A stretch of DNA of 64,000 nt from Octopus vulgaris. Taxonomy: Eukaryota. The notes under the pieces are model-generated. The model saw only the letters and a program-made list of their open reading frames with translations, did no database searches and was not told where the DNA came from. Shown here in pieces: positions 25,311 to 36,552 of the stretch. The position numbers were made by a program, and so were the translations under genes. Every line of letters begins with the position of its first letter. The first letter of the stretch is position 1. The stretch lies in NCBI GenBank assembly GCA_951406725.2, contig OX597837.1, positions 17,670,001 through 17,734,000 of the forward strand. Reading direction: 5' to 3'.

Positions 25311-25848
25311 ATGTCATCAAATAGTAATAATGGTCATTTTATCATCTAGGTATTTAATTATCACATTCACTATCTTGTGTATCTAGCAAACATGAAATAG
25401 GAAATGTCATAGTTAAGTCTTAATTGCATCAAATATTTTTGTGATTTATATGAAAATTGTTCATTGTTGTTAAAGGCAGAATAAGCAAAAAGAGTGAAAA
25501 CATTTTATCACAAAACTGATCAACAAATTTCTGTGTGTTATTTGAAGTTGTTCTGTTTGGGAGTTCAGTACCCAGTTTTTTATATCATTTAGTCAAGCTT
25601 CTAGAATCTTTGGCAGAATTATTTAATGGCAAGAAAATCCACAAATCTTACTTTCAAGTTTGCCACTTATTGGCTACACACTAGTTAATTGGTCAAATTA
25701 TGTTTACATAAGCATAATACATTTTATGGTGAAACAGTTAATTTCTCATTGCAAGTTTTATTTCTATGGCAATATAGTTTGACTCTGGTTCAAAACTCAG
25801 CAGAAGCCTCACTATGGGAATCCTTTTGCATTGTGTTTATTATAAGAC

Positions 25849-26090
25849 TGTGGTGTCGGTGGAGAGGACGACAGATAGGGGAGGGCGGAAGTAGGGCTTG
25901 CAGGGTGCATGCGCGGCAGGAAGCGGAAGCGGTGAGGCAGCATGCACGTGTGACATCAAGGAAGCGGGCAGTTCGAGCGGACACAAGGAAGCAACTGGAC
26001 GCTGAGTTTGGTAGACTAATCTTCGCCGAGGTAAGACCTAATCATATTTCCTTCTCCTTTTCTGTTGTCCTCTTCATCTGTCACACTACA
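25849..26090 (+). mobile_element. Solo LTR (242 bp)
   Basis: TGTGGTGT...ACACTACA termini and a 5-bp TSD AAGAC (25844-25848 and 26091-26095); CpG-rich. The strand is a guess. Confidence 0.85.
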
Positions 26091-26459
26091 AAGACAGACA
26101 AACATAGAGCAAAAATAATTAACAGTTACAAAAGCAAATACAACAAATACATGATCAGTAAAAGAAGAAAATGTTCACAAATTATACACAATTAAAAATA
26201 ATCCAAATATTGTTATAAGATAGAAAAATAGTATTATATATAATTTATAAGTTCATACTTGGTAGGCCAATGCACCTTCTTGCCATTTTTCATAGTAATG
26301 TCTTTTTTAGGAACCATAGCTTTGTGTATTGATGGTGCCTGTGTATCCATAGTTGTTTTTTTGTTATATGTGAAGATGTGCCCTTGTAGATGTATGTAAA
26401 TGAATGTAAGCTTTTATTTTAATTCTGTCAATATTAACTGTCTCTTTTTTACTATTGGT

Positions 26460-27410
26460 ATCATCGCCATCATCATCATCATTGTTTACCATCCACTTTC
26501 CATGCTGGCATGGGTTGGATGGTTTGACTGAGGGCTGGCAAGCCAGAAGGCTGCACCAAGGCTCCAGTCTGATCTGGCAATGTTTCTACATCTGGATGCC
26601 CTTCCTAATGCCAACCACTCTGAGAATGTAGTGGGTGCTTTTTATGTGCCAACTGCATGAGGGCCAGTAAGGTGGTACTGACATCGGCTACACTTGAATG
26701 GTGCTTTTTACGTGCCACTGGCATGGGGGCCAGTCAGGTGGCACTGGCAACGACCACACTTGAATGGTGCTTTTTACATGCCACCAGCACAGGACCAGTC
26801 AGCCAGCACTGGCATCGACCAAGCTTGAATGGTACATCAGCCACAACAATGAATTCACTTGCCTCAACAGGTCTTCACAAGTGCAGTTTATTTCCCAATG
26901 ATTGTAGGATACTCTTAAATGGGTTGGTTATGCTGCACTGGCATAGGCCACGGTTACAGTCTCACTTGGTTTGCTGGGTCTTCTCAAGCACAGAATATCT
27001 CCAAAGGTCTTGGTCACTTGTCATCGCCTCAGTGGAGTCCAACGTTCAAAGGTCATGCTTCACCACCACATCACAGAGCTGAGGACTGATCCTTAATAGA
27101 CTGCCTCTCCTACCCAGAATTATTTGCTGTACTCATTGCCATCCCTCACCTTACTAACAGTGTCCCTGTACATGGCTCATACAGCTCTCACTAACCACTC
27201 ATCTATCCCTAGTTTCCACTAGATAAGGGATTGGGGGACCCTGTCAAAGGCTTTCTCCACGTCAATGAAAGCCAAGTACAAAGGTTTTTCGTTGGCTAGG
27301 TATTTCTCCTGCAGCTGTCTTACCAAAAATATAGCATCAGTGGTGCTTTTCCCTGTCACAAACTCAAACTGCATCTCATCTAGACTGACTCTCTCCCTAA
27401 TTAGTTGCGT
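26460..27410 (-). mobile_element. RTE LINE fragments (3' UTR and RT piece)
   Basis: (CAT)n tail at about 26470; QFEFVTGKSTTDAIFLVRQLQEKYL...EKAFDRVP at 27219-27400. Confidence 0.85.
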
Positions 27411-28490
27411 TATGGTGTTCCTGCATAACATAATAAAGTGTAGTATATGGTGTGTGTAAGGGCTTTTGCACTATATCATTACAATCAAAAATATGAGTCC
27501 AAGTAGTAAAGTCAGTTGAAACATATGAAACATAGCCTAACTGTTTGCTGTCTGGGCAGTAACTTTGATAAACTCAGATGTAAATGCAGTTATTGTACAT
27601 AATTGGATGGAGTGTAACGTGATGGATTCTTCAACTACCATTTGTTCATGAAGAGTTAATGCAGTGCTGTAAAGCAGTTCTGCTGGAGTCAAATCTAAGT
27701 CTGTCTTAATTGATATTGTGTTACTCAGTAGTATAATAGATATATATTCTGACCTTGCTGTATGTGTTAAATGATGTATTAAATTGGTTATGAAAATGTT
27801 CTCTCATTCCATACAGGATGCTAAGCAATTATGTGAATCCTCTTTGTAACAATCTATTGGGTTAATTCAGTAAACAGACTAGATTCAAATCGCTGACCTC
27901 TGTCAATTGTCATTGTTGCTGGAGTCCCAAAATATGAAATCCAGGTGAAACATAATACTTTTGTTACCATTGTAGATGAAACATCTTAAATAGGAATGGC
28001 TTTAGGTCACCTAAAGGAACAATTAATACTAATCAACAGTTAAATATAATCCAGAACAGGAGATAAGGGTCTAATAATATCTATGTGTATGTGTTGAAAA
28101 TAAGTGTCCAGTGTAGCAAAAGTTCCTAAGAAAGTTTTATAACAATAAACTTGATATATAATTCCTATCCATTGACAAACATTCCTGTTCATATCTGACC
28201 AAATGAATGAAGTTGAAATGAGCTTTTCCAATGCTGCAACTTCCATTTGAAATAAATTGTGAAGAGTGAACAAAACTGAGCTTTGTGACCAGTAGAAATG
28301 TGACATCAAATATGTTTCATGGAAGAAGGATGAGGAACAAAATGGAATTTCAATCCAAATTGGATAAATATTTTCGAAGGGAAATTAGGCACGGTTTGCT
28401 GTCGATATTCATTATGTCAAGAGCCCCAATAATTGCACAGCTGATGCTTTATCTTAAGCTCATGTAAATTCTCAGCACTCTAGTGAAAAA
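27411..28490 (-). mobile_element. Gypsy LTR retrotransposon integrase remnant
   Basis: LHNL...FIWSDMNRNVCQW...FQHIHIDIIRPLSP (integrase zinc-binding region and start of rve), heavily degraded. Confidence 0.7.
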
Positions 28491-28702
28491 GAGAATTGCT
28501 CTAGGCCAAGAAATGTATAAAGAATTACTACACCTAAAGAACTCTTGGAGTGGTTGGTGTTAGGAAGGGCATCTAGCTGTAGAAACTCTGCCAGATCAGA
28601 CTGGAGCCTGGTGCAGCCATCTGGTTTGCCAGTCCTCAGTCAAATCGTCTAACCAATGCTAGCATGCAAAGTGGACGTTAAATGACGATGATGATGATGA
28701 TG

Positions 28703-28730
<28 letters not shown>

Positions 28731-28733
<3 letters not shown>

Positions 28734-29186
28734 GCTGATGAGGACAAATCAAATCTACATTGTCAAACGTATTTGAAGAGTCTAAAACCGGTCCTGCATT
28801 ATCCATTTCTAGGTTTTTCATTTTTCAGATGTTCTTCCTAGAGGTAAGACAAATTTTCTTCATGTTTGTTGCACACACACGTCTTTGCTAGTATATACGC
28901 AGTGAAGCTATACAATAGCGTCGTATTTATTACAATCGCTATTTTCCAGTAAATATCGGTACTTCGTTGTACCATTTATTTACTTTTATATGTATAATTT
29001 TACCCTTACGGGCTATCTTTTACTGGAAAGCAATACTTTTGAATTGCATTACTATTTTCATTGAAACTTCTTCACTGTTCTCGTTCTGTTAACGTTTTGG
29101 TGTTCAGACGAGTGTACTGCCATAGATGTGGCAACATTTGAAATTTTGTCAAGGTATATGCAGCTGATGAGGACAAATCAAATCTA
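28731..29186 (+). mobile_element. Short non-coding unit bounded by direct repeats of a hammerhead-like motif (retrozyme or Penelope pLTR-like)
   Basis: GCAGCTGATGAGGACAAATCAAATCTA at 28731 and 29160 (period 429). The first copy continues ...GTCT-AAAA-CCGG-TC-CTGC. Confidence 0.65.
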
Positions 29187-29535
29187 TAGAATTTATCATT
29201 AATCATGACAATTATTTTGACACATCTAGCAATGATCCCTCACAGGTGGGATACTCAACAACTGGTTCAGGAACATCTGGTGGTGCAGATATGTCTCATA
29301 GGATGATAAGTAGACACAACTCATTAAAATAACAGTTCTGCAATGTATCTTCTCATTTCGTAGAAAGAAAAGCAGCAAAATGAAGGAAATATCTTCATTG
29401 ATATAGAAGATAAAAAATAAAATCACAGATGCAAAAATGAAATGAACATGCAATACAGTGAGAAAAGCATTTAAAATAACCATTAACAGATATGGATGTA
29501 TAGGGATGTAGGCATCTTGAGAGTCTTCCAGCAAT
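29187..29535 (-). mobile_element. Penelope-like terminal repeat fragment
   Basis: Reverse-complement similarity to 7548-7860; ORF-track peptides 7632-7820(+) and 29226-29534(-) are alignable. Confidence 0.75.
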
Positions 29536-30340
29536 TATATATATATATATATATATATATACATACACGTGGTATGGTGAATAACCAGTCATCTAAATTA
29601 TGCAAAAATGAAAATAACACTGACATCTCTTTTTAACAGATATCTTTATATATATAAAACTGAGAATGTGTCTGTCTGTCTGTCTGTGTGTTTCCCTAAA
29701 ACTTGAGAACCACACAACCAATTTCATGCAAATTTTACACATGCCTTACTTAGGGTCCGGGGAGTGTCATCGGCAAAAAAAATGTTCAACTTCTTGCCTA
29801 GAGCGAGCCCATAGCAATATCATATCTTCTCCACTATTTCAGTATTACGCGTTAAAAGTGAAACAAAAACATTTCTCTATTTTATGTCAGATACTTTCAC
29901 TTTAACAATAAAAATAATAATAACAATTGAATTATATGTAGTAAGTAATAATTAAAATCAAACTAAAGTATAATATAATCGTAACACAACAAAAGTAAAA
30001 ATAGCAATTGGTATAAAATTGCATCAATGACTTGAACTTGAATAAGTGGTTTCACATGAATAGGAATAAATTTAAAATAAAATTAGCGTGCAGAAATGGA
30101 ATAGTCCAGATGGATAATAAAAAATTAAATTAAAGAAAAGACTATTGTCTATAAAGTATACAATGTAGAGAAAAAAGATTTGAACACATGGTGGAAATCT
30201 ACCCACGTGTGTTGTGAGTTATTTTGTATGTGAAAATTGGAAAAAAAAAACTGTAAAAAATTGTCAAAAAATTGAATCACGCGAGGCGTTTGCCGCTGCG
30301 TGTTTGAACCTTTTATAGAAGGTGTGTCGACCCTCAAGTC

Positions 30341-31438
30341 ATGGAGACTTACGCGGGGGTCGCCACAACAAAAAGTGACGAGTCTCTTAGAATAAAAGAA
30401 GTGTTCTTTAGAAAAGAACAATTGAAGGAATACGAGAAGTTCGTCAAAAGGGAGGGTGACAGCGTGAAGCTGGTCCTGCCTGTGGAAACAATAGAAGAGA
30501 GAAATAACAAGACGATAACGTATAGAACGCAAGATAGAAACACGAGAAAAATGGTGAGAGTGACGATTGAAGAAATAGAGAAATGTCTGGGGGACATCAT
30601 GAAAAAAGCGACTTTTGTAGACAGAGGAAAGAAATATGGTACGGTGGAGGTGAGATGCGCAACAAAGGAAGTGGCGGCCTCATTGGCTTCCACTGTCCTG
30701 AAAGCAGAAAATTTCACCATGTGGCCGACGTATAAAGGAAGACGAGGGGTATGGGTAAGAGTCCCAAAGGTGCCCCCAGATATTAAAACAGAAATGCTGG
30801 TAACAGCCATTATTGGAGCAGCAAAAGAGGAAGTAGAAATAGGGTCAATTAAGGAGACGAACGTTGTAAATTGGAAGGGATTCGGAGTAGAGTTGTGGCT
30901 GATGGCCACAATGGAAGACATCGAAAGATTTCCCTTCCAAATAGAAATAGAAAACAAGAAAACAATTAGTGTAATAGTGGAAGGCAGAAAACCGAATTGC
31001 TACCTGTGCGGATCAAGAGGGCACATAAAAAAGGAATGCCCGCTGTATGAATTCACAGCGGAGCAAAAAGAGACACAAAGTGGAGAGAAGGAAAACGAAC
31101 ACGAAGGAAAGAACAGCGAAAACAAGGAAAAGGAAATAACGGAGAAACAACAAGAGAAGGGAAGTAACAGCGCACTGAAGGAAAATGAAAACAAAGGGAA
31201 GAAGATAGTAGAAAAGGAGCAAAATTCACAGGGTGCAGAAGTAGTGGAGAAGGAGCCAAGGCAGAAGCAAGAGAAAGAAAAGGAAAGTACATTAAAGGAA
31301 AGAGAAAAAGCAGGAAAAGAACAAGAGAAGGAACAGAACCAAGAGAAAGGAAAAGATGGTATGCAAAAAGGAAAAGAAACAACAGGAAAGGAACTTAAGG
31401 CACAGGGTAGAGAGACGGCAGACAAAGAGCCAAAATGA
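30341..31438 (+). CDS. L1/Tx1-type ORF1-like nucleic-acid-binding protein (RRM-like region, CCHC knuckle, E/K-rich tail), 365 aa
   Basis: Uninterrupted ORF with RRM-like segments (RGKKYGTVEVRC, VWVRVPKVPPDI), the VIVEGRKPNCYLCGSRGHIKKECP zinc knuckle and a charged low-complexity tail. Confidence 0.8.
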   Translation: METYAGVATTKSDESLRIKEVFFRKEQLKEYEKFVKREGDSVKLVLPVETIEERNNKTITYRTQDRNTRKMVRVTIEEIEKCLGDIMKKATFVDRGKKYGTVEVRCATKEVAASLASTVLKAENFTMWPTYKGRRGVWVRVPKVPPDIKTEMLVTAIIGAAKEEVEIGSIKETNVVNWKGFGVELWLMATMEDIERFPFQIEIENKKTISVIVEGRKPNCYLCGSRGHIKKECPLYEFTAEQKETQSGEKENEHEGKNSENKEKEITEKQQEKGSNSALKENENKGKKIVEKEQNSQGAEVVEKEPRQKQEKEKESTLKEREKAGKEQEKEQNQEKGKDGMQKGKETTGKELKAQGRETADKEPK

Positions 31439-31773
31439 CAAGAGAAGGAAAAAGAAAGAAGAGAAAGCAAAAAGAGAGAAAGAGAGAAACCGAGGGAGGA
31501 GAAAAAGAGGAAGTAAGTCCTAAGAGAAAAACTAGAGAAAACGTAGGTACGAATAGAAAATTCAAATACTATGGAACGTTGATCCATCACAGGCACTGTG
31601 AGGAGATGGAAGATTTAATAAACGTAACAAATGGATATACGTGGGTCAGGATGGGCACCGAATGGAAAGAAACAGGTGCACTCGTCCACGAGAACGACGC
31701 CGAGGCGTTCATCGAGGCAGCTGGCAAGAACGTGTCAAAACATATGAAATGCCGACTTACAAGGTGGCCTTGA
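31435..31773 (+). CDS. Downstream 112-aa ORF, or frameshifted C-terminus of the ORF1-like protein
   Basis: The ATG overlaps the ORF1 stop (ATGA). A basic N-terminus is followed by a non-repetitive segment KFKYYGTLIHHRHCEEMEDL...KCRLTRWP of unknown function. Confidence 0.5.
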   Translation: MTREGKRKKRKQKERKRETEGGEKEEVSPKRKTRENVGTNRKFKYYGTLIHHRHCEEMEDLINVTNGYTWVRMGTEWKETGALVHENDAEAFIEAAGKNVSKHMKCRLTRWP

Positions 31774-32619
31774 ACGATGGAAGTTTACTCAGATTTGGTA
31801 GACATAATGGAGTATATATAAAAGAAAAGGTATTGTGAAAACTTTAATTTGGAAATGATGAAAAGAACTTTAAATTCTGAAAAAAAAGATGTTGAACTTT
31901 GTAAAATTTTTGAAATGTATGTTGAAAATGTATAAAATGTTTTATTTGGAAAATATTGTTGATGAATAAAAAACAAATGACGAAATGTAACCGCTCGATT
32001 TCGGGGATCGAGTGGACATTACACCACATTGTACAAACTTCATAATTCATTATTCATTTTCCCGATTGTATTGTCCCATCTATGTTCGCCCCTTGTGGGT
32101 AATAATAAAACAACATGGAGAAAAGCACCTTTGAAAAGTGTTTTGGTGAGACTATGAAAGATATCTAATCAGAGGCGGTAAATTCACCACAATAGAAGCA
32201 AGGTTCGAGTCAACAGAGCATGCGAGGGAGTACTCGACTCCAACCTTGCAAAGTGGAAATATATTACTTTTACATTTATATCTGTGACGTAGGACGTCCT
32301 GGAAAAAAATTTTAAATGCCCCCCCCCCCCCCCCGAAGTAGAGGTAGGCTGGATTGTAGCCACACTTCTATACAAGAGGGAGGACAAGATACAATTGATC
32401 GAAATTACAAGAGACGGGCTAACAATTCCAATCTGTTATACATTTTGAGTATTGTTATCACTAGCGATATCAAGATATAACTTTGTATTTTGTATTTTAT
32501 GTGTAGATGTATATATATAGATGTACATGTAATATATACACATATATATACACATATATACATGCACTAGCACTATGACCCGGCAATGACGGGTTTTTAA
32601 TGCTTGTATTTACTAAAAT

Positions 32620-33279
32620 TACATTAAAATATCTTGAAATACTAAAGAGTAAATTTATTTAATGAAGTTGTTACTGGCTTCAGCCATAACCTCCAGATTA
32701 CTTTGGAATCTTCTGCAACTCTTCTAGTTTAAGTTGGTGAATGCTACCATAATCCTTGCCTTCAGTTCACTTTGGTGTTACAAGGAGTTTTGTTGGTCTC
32801 TCGCTCAACTGCACCCCACACATAATCAAGAGAGACTGGGTTCTTCTGCTTGTGTAGCATGATGCAGAGTCCTGTTGCCAGACATAGGGTCTTCCAGCAG
32901 CCACCCTCTTGACCCAGGACAGCACTACCTCCTCCAGGTACTTGATGTAGACTTGTGTGTTAAATTTGAGGGTGTGTGGGAAGATGAATTACCATCATTA
33001 GTGATCACTCCAAACACCATGATGTTGACTGGATGTTTGATTTTTATCACTCTTGGTACATGTCATCAGATTGCACTGCCCTCAGATTGACATCCAAACA
33101 CTCTGAAATGTCCATATTGGAGCTTCCAGAGCAAATGCCAAGCAGTACAGCATGTCATTTCCAAATTTTCTCACATACAGTGCATAACCGACCCTGCTAT
33201 ACTGTGTAATCCACAAAATCAAAAACAATGTGCATGCATGAAATAAAAGTATAAAATGTTGACAATTTGCCCATTGCAC

Positions 33280-33283
<4 letters not shown>
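32620..33283 (-). mobile_element. Tc1/mariner deletion derivative
   Basis: Minus strand LDYVWGAVERETNK-like C-terminal transposase motif; CAGGGTGCAATGGGCAAATTGTCAAC terminus at 33283. Confidence 0.65.
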
Positions 33284-33310
<27 letters not shown>

Positions 33311-33869
33311 CTATGCTTGTCCTCTACCACCACTTCACAACTGATATTGGTGTGTTTATATCTCTCTAATTAGCAGTTCAGCAAAAGAGACTGATGGAAT
33401 GAGTACCAGGCTTTAAAACATTAAGTACCGGGGTCATTTCATTTGACTAAAAGTTCTTCAAGGTGATGCTCCAGCATGGATGCAATCTAATGACTGAAGC
33501 AAGTAAAAGGTAAAAGATAAAAGTTGAACAGCTAGAATCAAAATGGTGGATTGCATATTTATTCTTAATCTACTTCAGCAAACTCAAATATGAATTTGCT
33601 AATTGCTGTTTTGTTACAAAAGAACAACTTCTCCTTTACTGCAAATGTGTTTTCACTCAGTTCATTAGCACAAAGGACTCTAAAAACACCCAGTTTTTCA
33701 TCATTATTGTGTCTTATCAGCCAAGGGCGCCCTATGTGTATGATGATTCAATATCAGTTGGCAAATATCAGCATGCATCAGCAAACAATTTGTTGCTGAA
33801 GTTATAAACAAAAACCTCAATCTTTTGTAAGAGTCATATTCTCTTCCATTTTATATTGATAGTCCAGAT

Positions 33870-34337
33870 AGTCCTGCTGTGCCTGAGGAGATCTGTTGAG
33901 TCAAGTACATGAACATGAACGTCGAAATAAATATCAATGGAAATAGGAGTTATGATGCCTGTGCCGGTGGCACATAAAAAGTACTATCCGAACGTGGCCG
34001 ATGCCAGCACTGCCCCGACTGGCCTCTGTGCCGGTAAGACCATCCGAACGTTGCCAGCGCCGCCTTGGCTGGCTCCCGTGCCGCTGGCACGTTAAAAGCT
34101 CGAACCGATCGTGACCGATGCCGGACCGCCCGGCCCCTGTGCAGGTGGCACGTAAAAAGCACCCACTCCACTCGCAGAGTGGTTGGCGTTAGGAAGGGCA
34201 TCCAGCCGTAGAAACTCTGCCAGATCAGACTGTAGCCTGGAGCGGCCCCTGGCTTCCCAGACCCCGGTCGAACCATCCAACCCGTGCTAGCGCGGAAAAC
34301 GGACGTTAAACGATGATGATGATGATGATGATGATGA
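33870..34337 (+). mobile_element. RTE LINE 3' UTR with (GAT)n tail, CpG-retaining
   Basis: GTGGTTGGCGTTAGGAAGGGCATCCAGCCGTAGAAAC...GGACGTTAAACGATGATGAT. Confidence 0.85.
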
Positions 34338-36552
34338 TTAGTCTGGGGTGACTTTGGATGATGGCACACAATGATGTCAAGACACTAGATGTTTCACTAT
34401 CCCTTGCATTTATGAATTGAGTGTGTTATGAGCATACATTCATCATAAAGAAGAAATCCTTTTCTTGTGACAGAACGCAACAGTAATTAGCATATTTATG
34501 TTCATATCTGCCAGAATGTGTTAAGAATAAATATGCAAGCCGCCGATGTACTCAGTAAAAATTTAGAGTAGTAATTTATAATAACAAATTTTGTCTATTT
34601 TCTAGAGAAGTTGCTATTAGTTACTTTTGAAGACAGTCTTCATCCAGAAAATTATGAATTTTTCTCAACCAGCTGATATTCTGATGTCTCTCTCCCTTCT
34701 TCCTCTTACTTCATCTGTACTGTACTTGAGCTCTTTGTGCGAGCAAAAGATAGATGCTCAACTCATACAAGCTAATTCATAAGCAGTCTGGAGCATTTTA
34801 TAAGTTTTCATAATGTTTCACCCAGTTTAACACAAAGCTTTATTGCATAGCAAGCTTCTAGATTGTCTTCACATCCTAATTGTGTTTTCCAAACTAGTCA
34901 GCTGTGACAAGCAGTGTTTAGGAGGTTGTGTGCAAAGTAGTCTTATAGCCATTTCCTTTAATCTGGAACAAAAAGTTGGCAGGTCAGCTTATTCGATGTA
35001 TAGGAACAAAAATAAAATAAAATAAAATTGCTATAATCTAGGGCAGTTATAACTGCCTCTTCTAAAAAAAAAGTCTCTACACTTCTAGAATGTACCTCAT
35101 TCTTTATTCTATTATTAATTTGCAATAATAAATTATATATCTTTATACAGAGTATGAAGGTCTTTCATTGTGCATCTACAAACTTGTCACAGACACACTA
35201 TGAGGTATCATATCCTTTTATTTTCATAACAAATAGAATGAGGGAACCTCAAAGGCAGCAGTAGGATGAGTCATCAGTTTCTGTGTGTGTGTGTGTGTGT
35301 TTGTGCATGTGTGTGTGTGTATGCATGTGTGTGTGTGCACGTGTATATGCATGTGTTCATGTGTGTGTGTGTGTGTATCTATCCATCTAAACACATGCAC
35401 ACACACACACACACTCACTCATGTGGTACATCACCATAATTATCATCTTTCTTTATCATGCTGAATCAGAATACCCTGCAATCTGACCTCACCACTTCTT
35501 CATGTGAGTTTCTCAGTTAACCCCTGTCATAAGCAGCCATATTTTTTTGTACTATATAAATGCATATATGCATACACACACAAGCACACGTGCACACTAA
35601 CACATATGTACGTGGTTCTATATATATATATCTTATTTATAAACATACATCAATATAATACATTTGTATACACACACTCACTCATACACATATTGCCATT
35701 TGCTAATTCTTCCTACATGCAAACAATGCAACTTTCTCCAAACATATTCACAAACTGTGAACTATTTGCTGAGATCTCAATATATCTGGACTGAGAACTT
35801 TCAGCATAAGAAACTCAATGGTGATTTTTAATCAACTTTAGCTCAAGTTTTATCACTCAACTGAAAGAAATACAGAAATTATTCATAGACGCTGGTGTGG
35901 CTGTGTGGTAAGAAGTTTGCTTTAAAACCACATGGTTCTAGGTTCAGTTCCACTGCAAGGCACCGTGGGCAAGTGTTCTCTACTATAGCCTTGGGCTGAC
36001 CAAAGCCTTCTGAATGGATTTGATAGATGTAAACTGAAACACATGTGTGTGTGTGTATGTGTGTGTATGTGTGTGTGCGTGTGTTTGTGTGTGTGTGTGT
36101 ATGTGTGTCTTTCTGTCTGTGTTTGTCCCCCACTTCTGCTTGAAAACCATTGTTGGTGAGCTTAATCCCCATAACTTAATGGTTTGGCAAAAGACAACTA
36201 TAGATTAAGTACTGGGCTTCTTCTATTCCCTTACTTGTTTCAGTCATTTGACTGTGGCCATGCTGGAGTGTCATCTTAAAGGGTTTTAGTTGAAGAAATT
36301 GATGCCAAGACTTATTCTTTGTAAGCCTAGTACTTATCCTATCCATCTCTTTTGCCTAACTGCTAAGTTATAGGGACATAAACACATAAGCATCAGTTGT
36401 CAAGCAAAAGTGGAGAGGTGGGACAAACACAGACACAAAGACATACACATAGATGCACACACACATACACACACACACACACACACATATATAGTTCTCT
36501 ATTTAAGAGATTAGGAATTATGTACATTATTTACAAATGTAAATAATGTATA

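Larger units (their letters stand above)
30192..32112 (+). mobile_element. ORF1-only non-autonomous non-LTR retroelement (HAL1-like organisation)
   Basis: 6-bp TSD ACATGG (30186-30191 and 32113-32118), with the empty site in Helitron copies A and C. It has a 149-bp 5' UTR, ORF(s), a 3' UTR of about 340 bp ending AATAATAAAACA, and no RT, EN, LTR or TIR. Confidence 0.8.
29643..32606 (+). mobile_element. Non-autonomous Helitron, copy B (internal deletion plus 1.9 kb insertion)
   Basis: Same 5' TC end and body as copy A, with about 550 bp missing near 30115 and the 3' end mutated to CTTG|T. Confidence 0.85.

Noticed and set aside
25689-26195. 168-aa ORF
   Set aside because: It crosses both boundaries of the solo LTR and has no recognisable domain.
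30149-31596. Long minus-strand ORFs (202 aa, 198 aa and others)
   Set aside because: Antisense shadows of the purine-rich ORF1-like gene.
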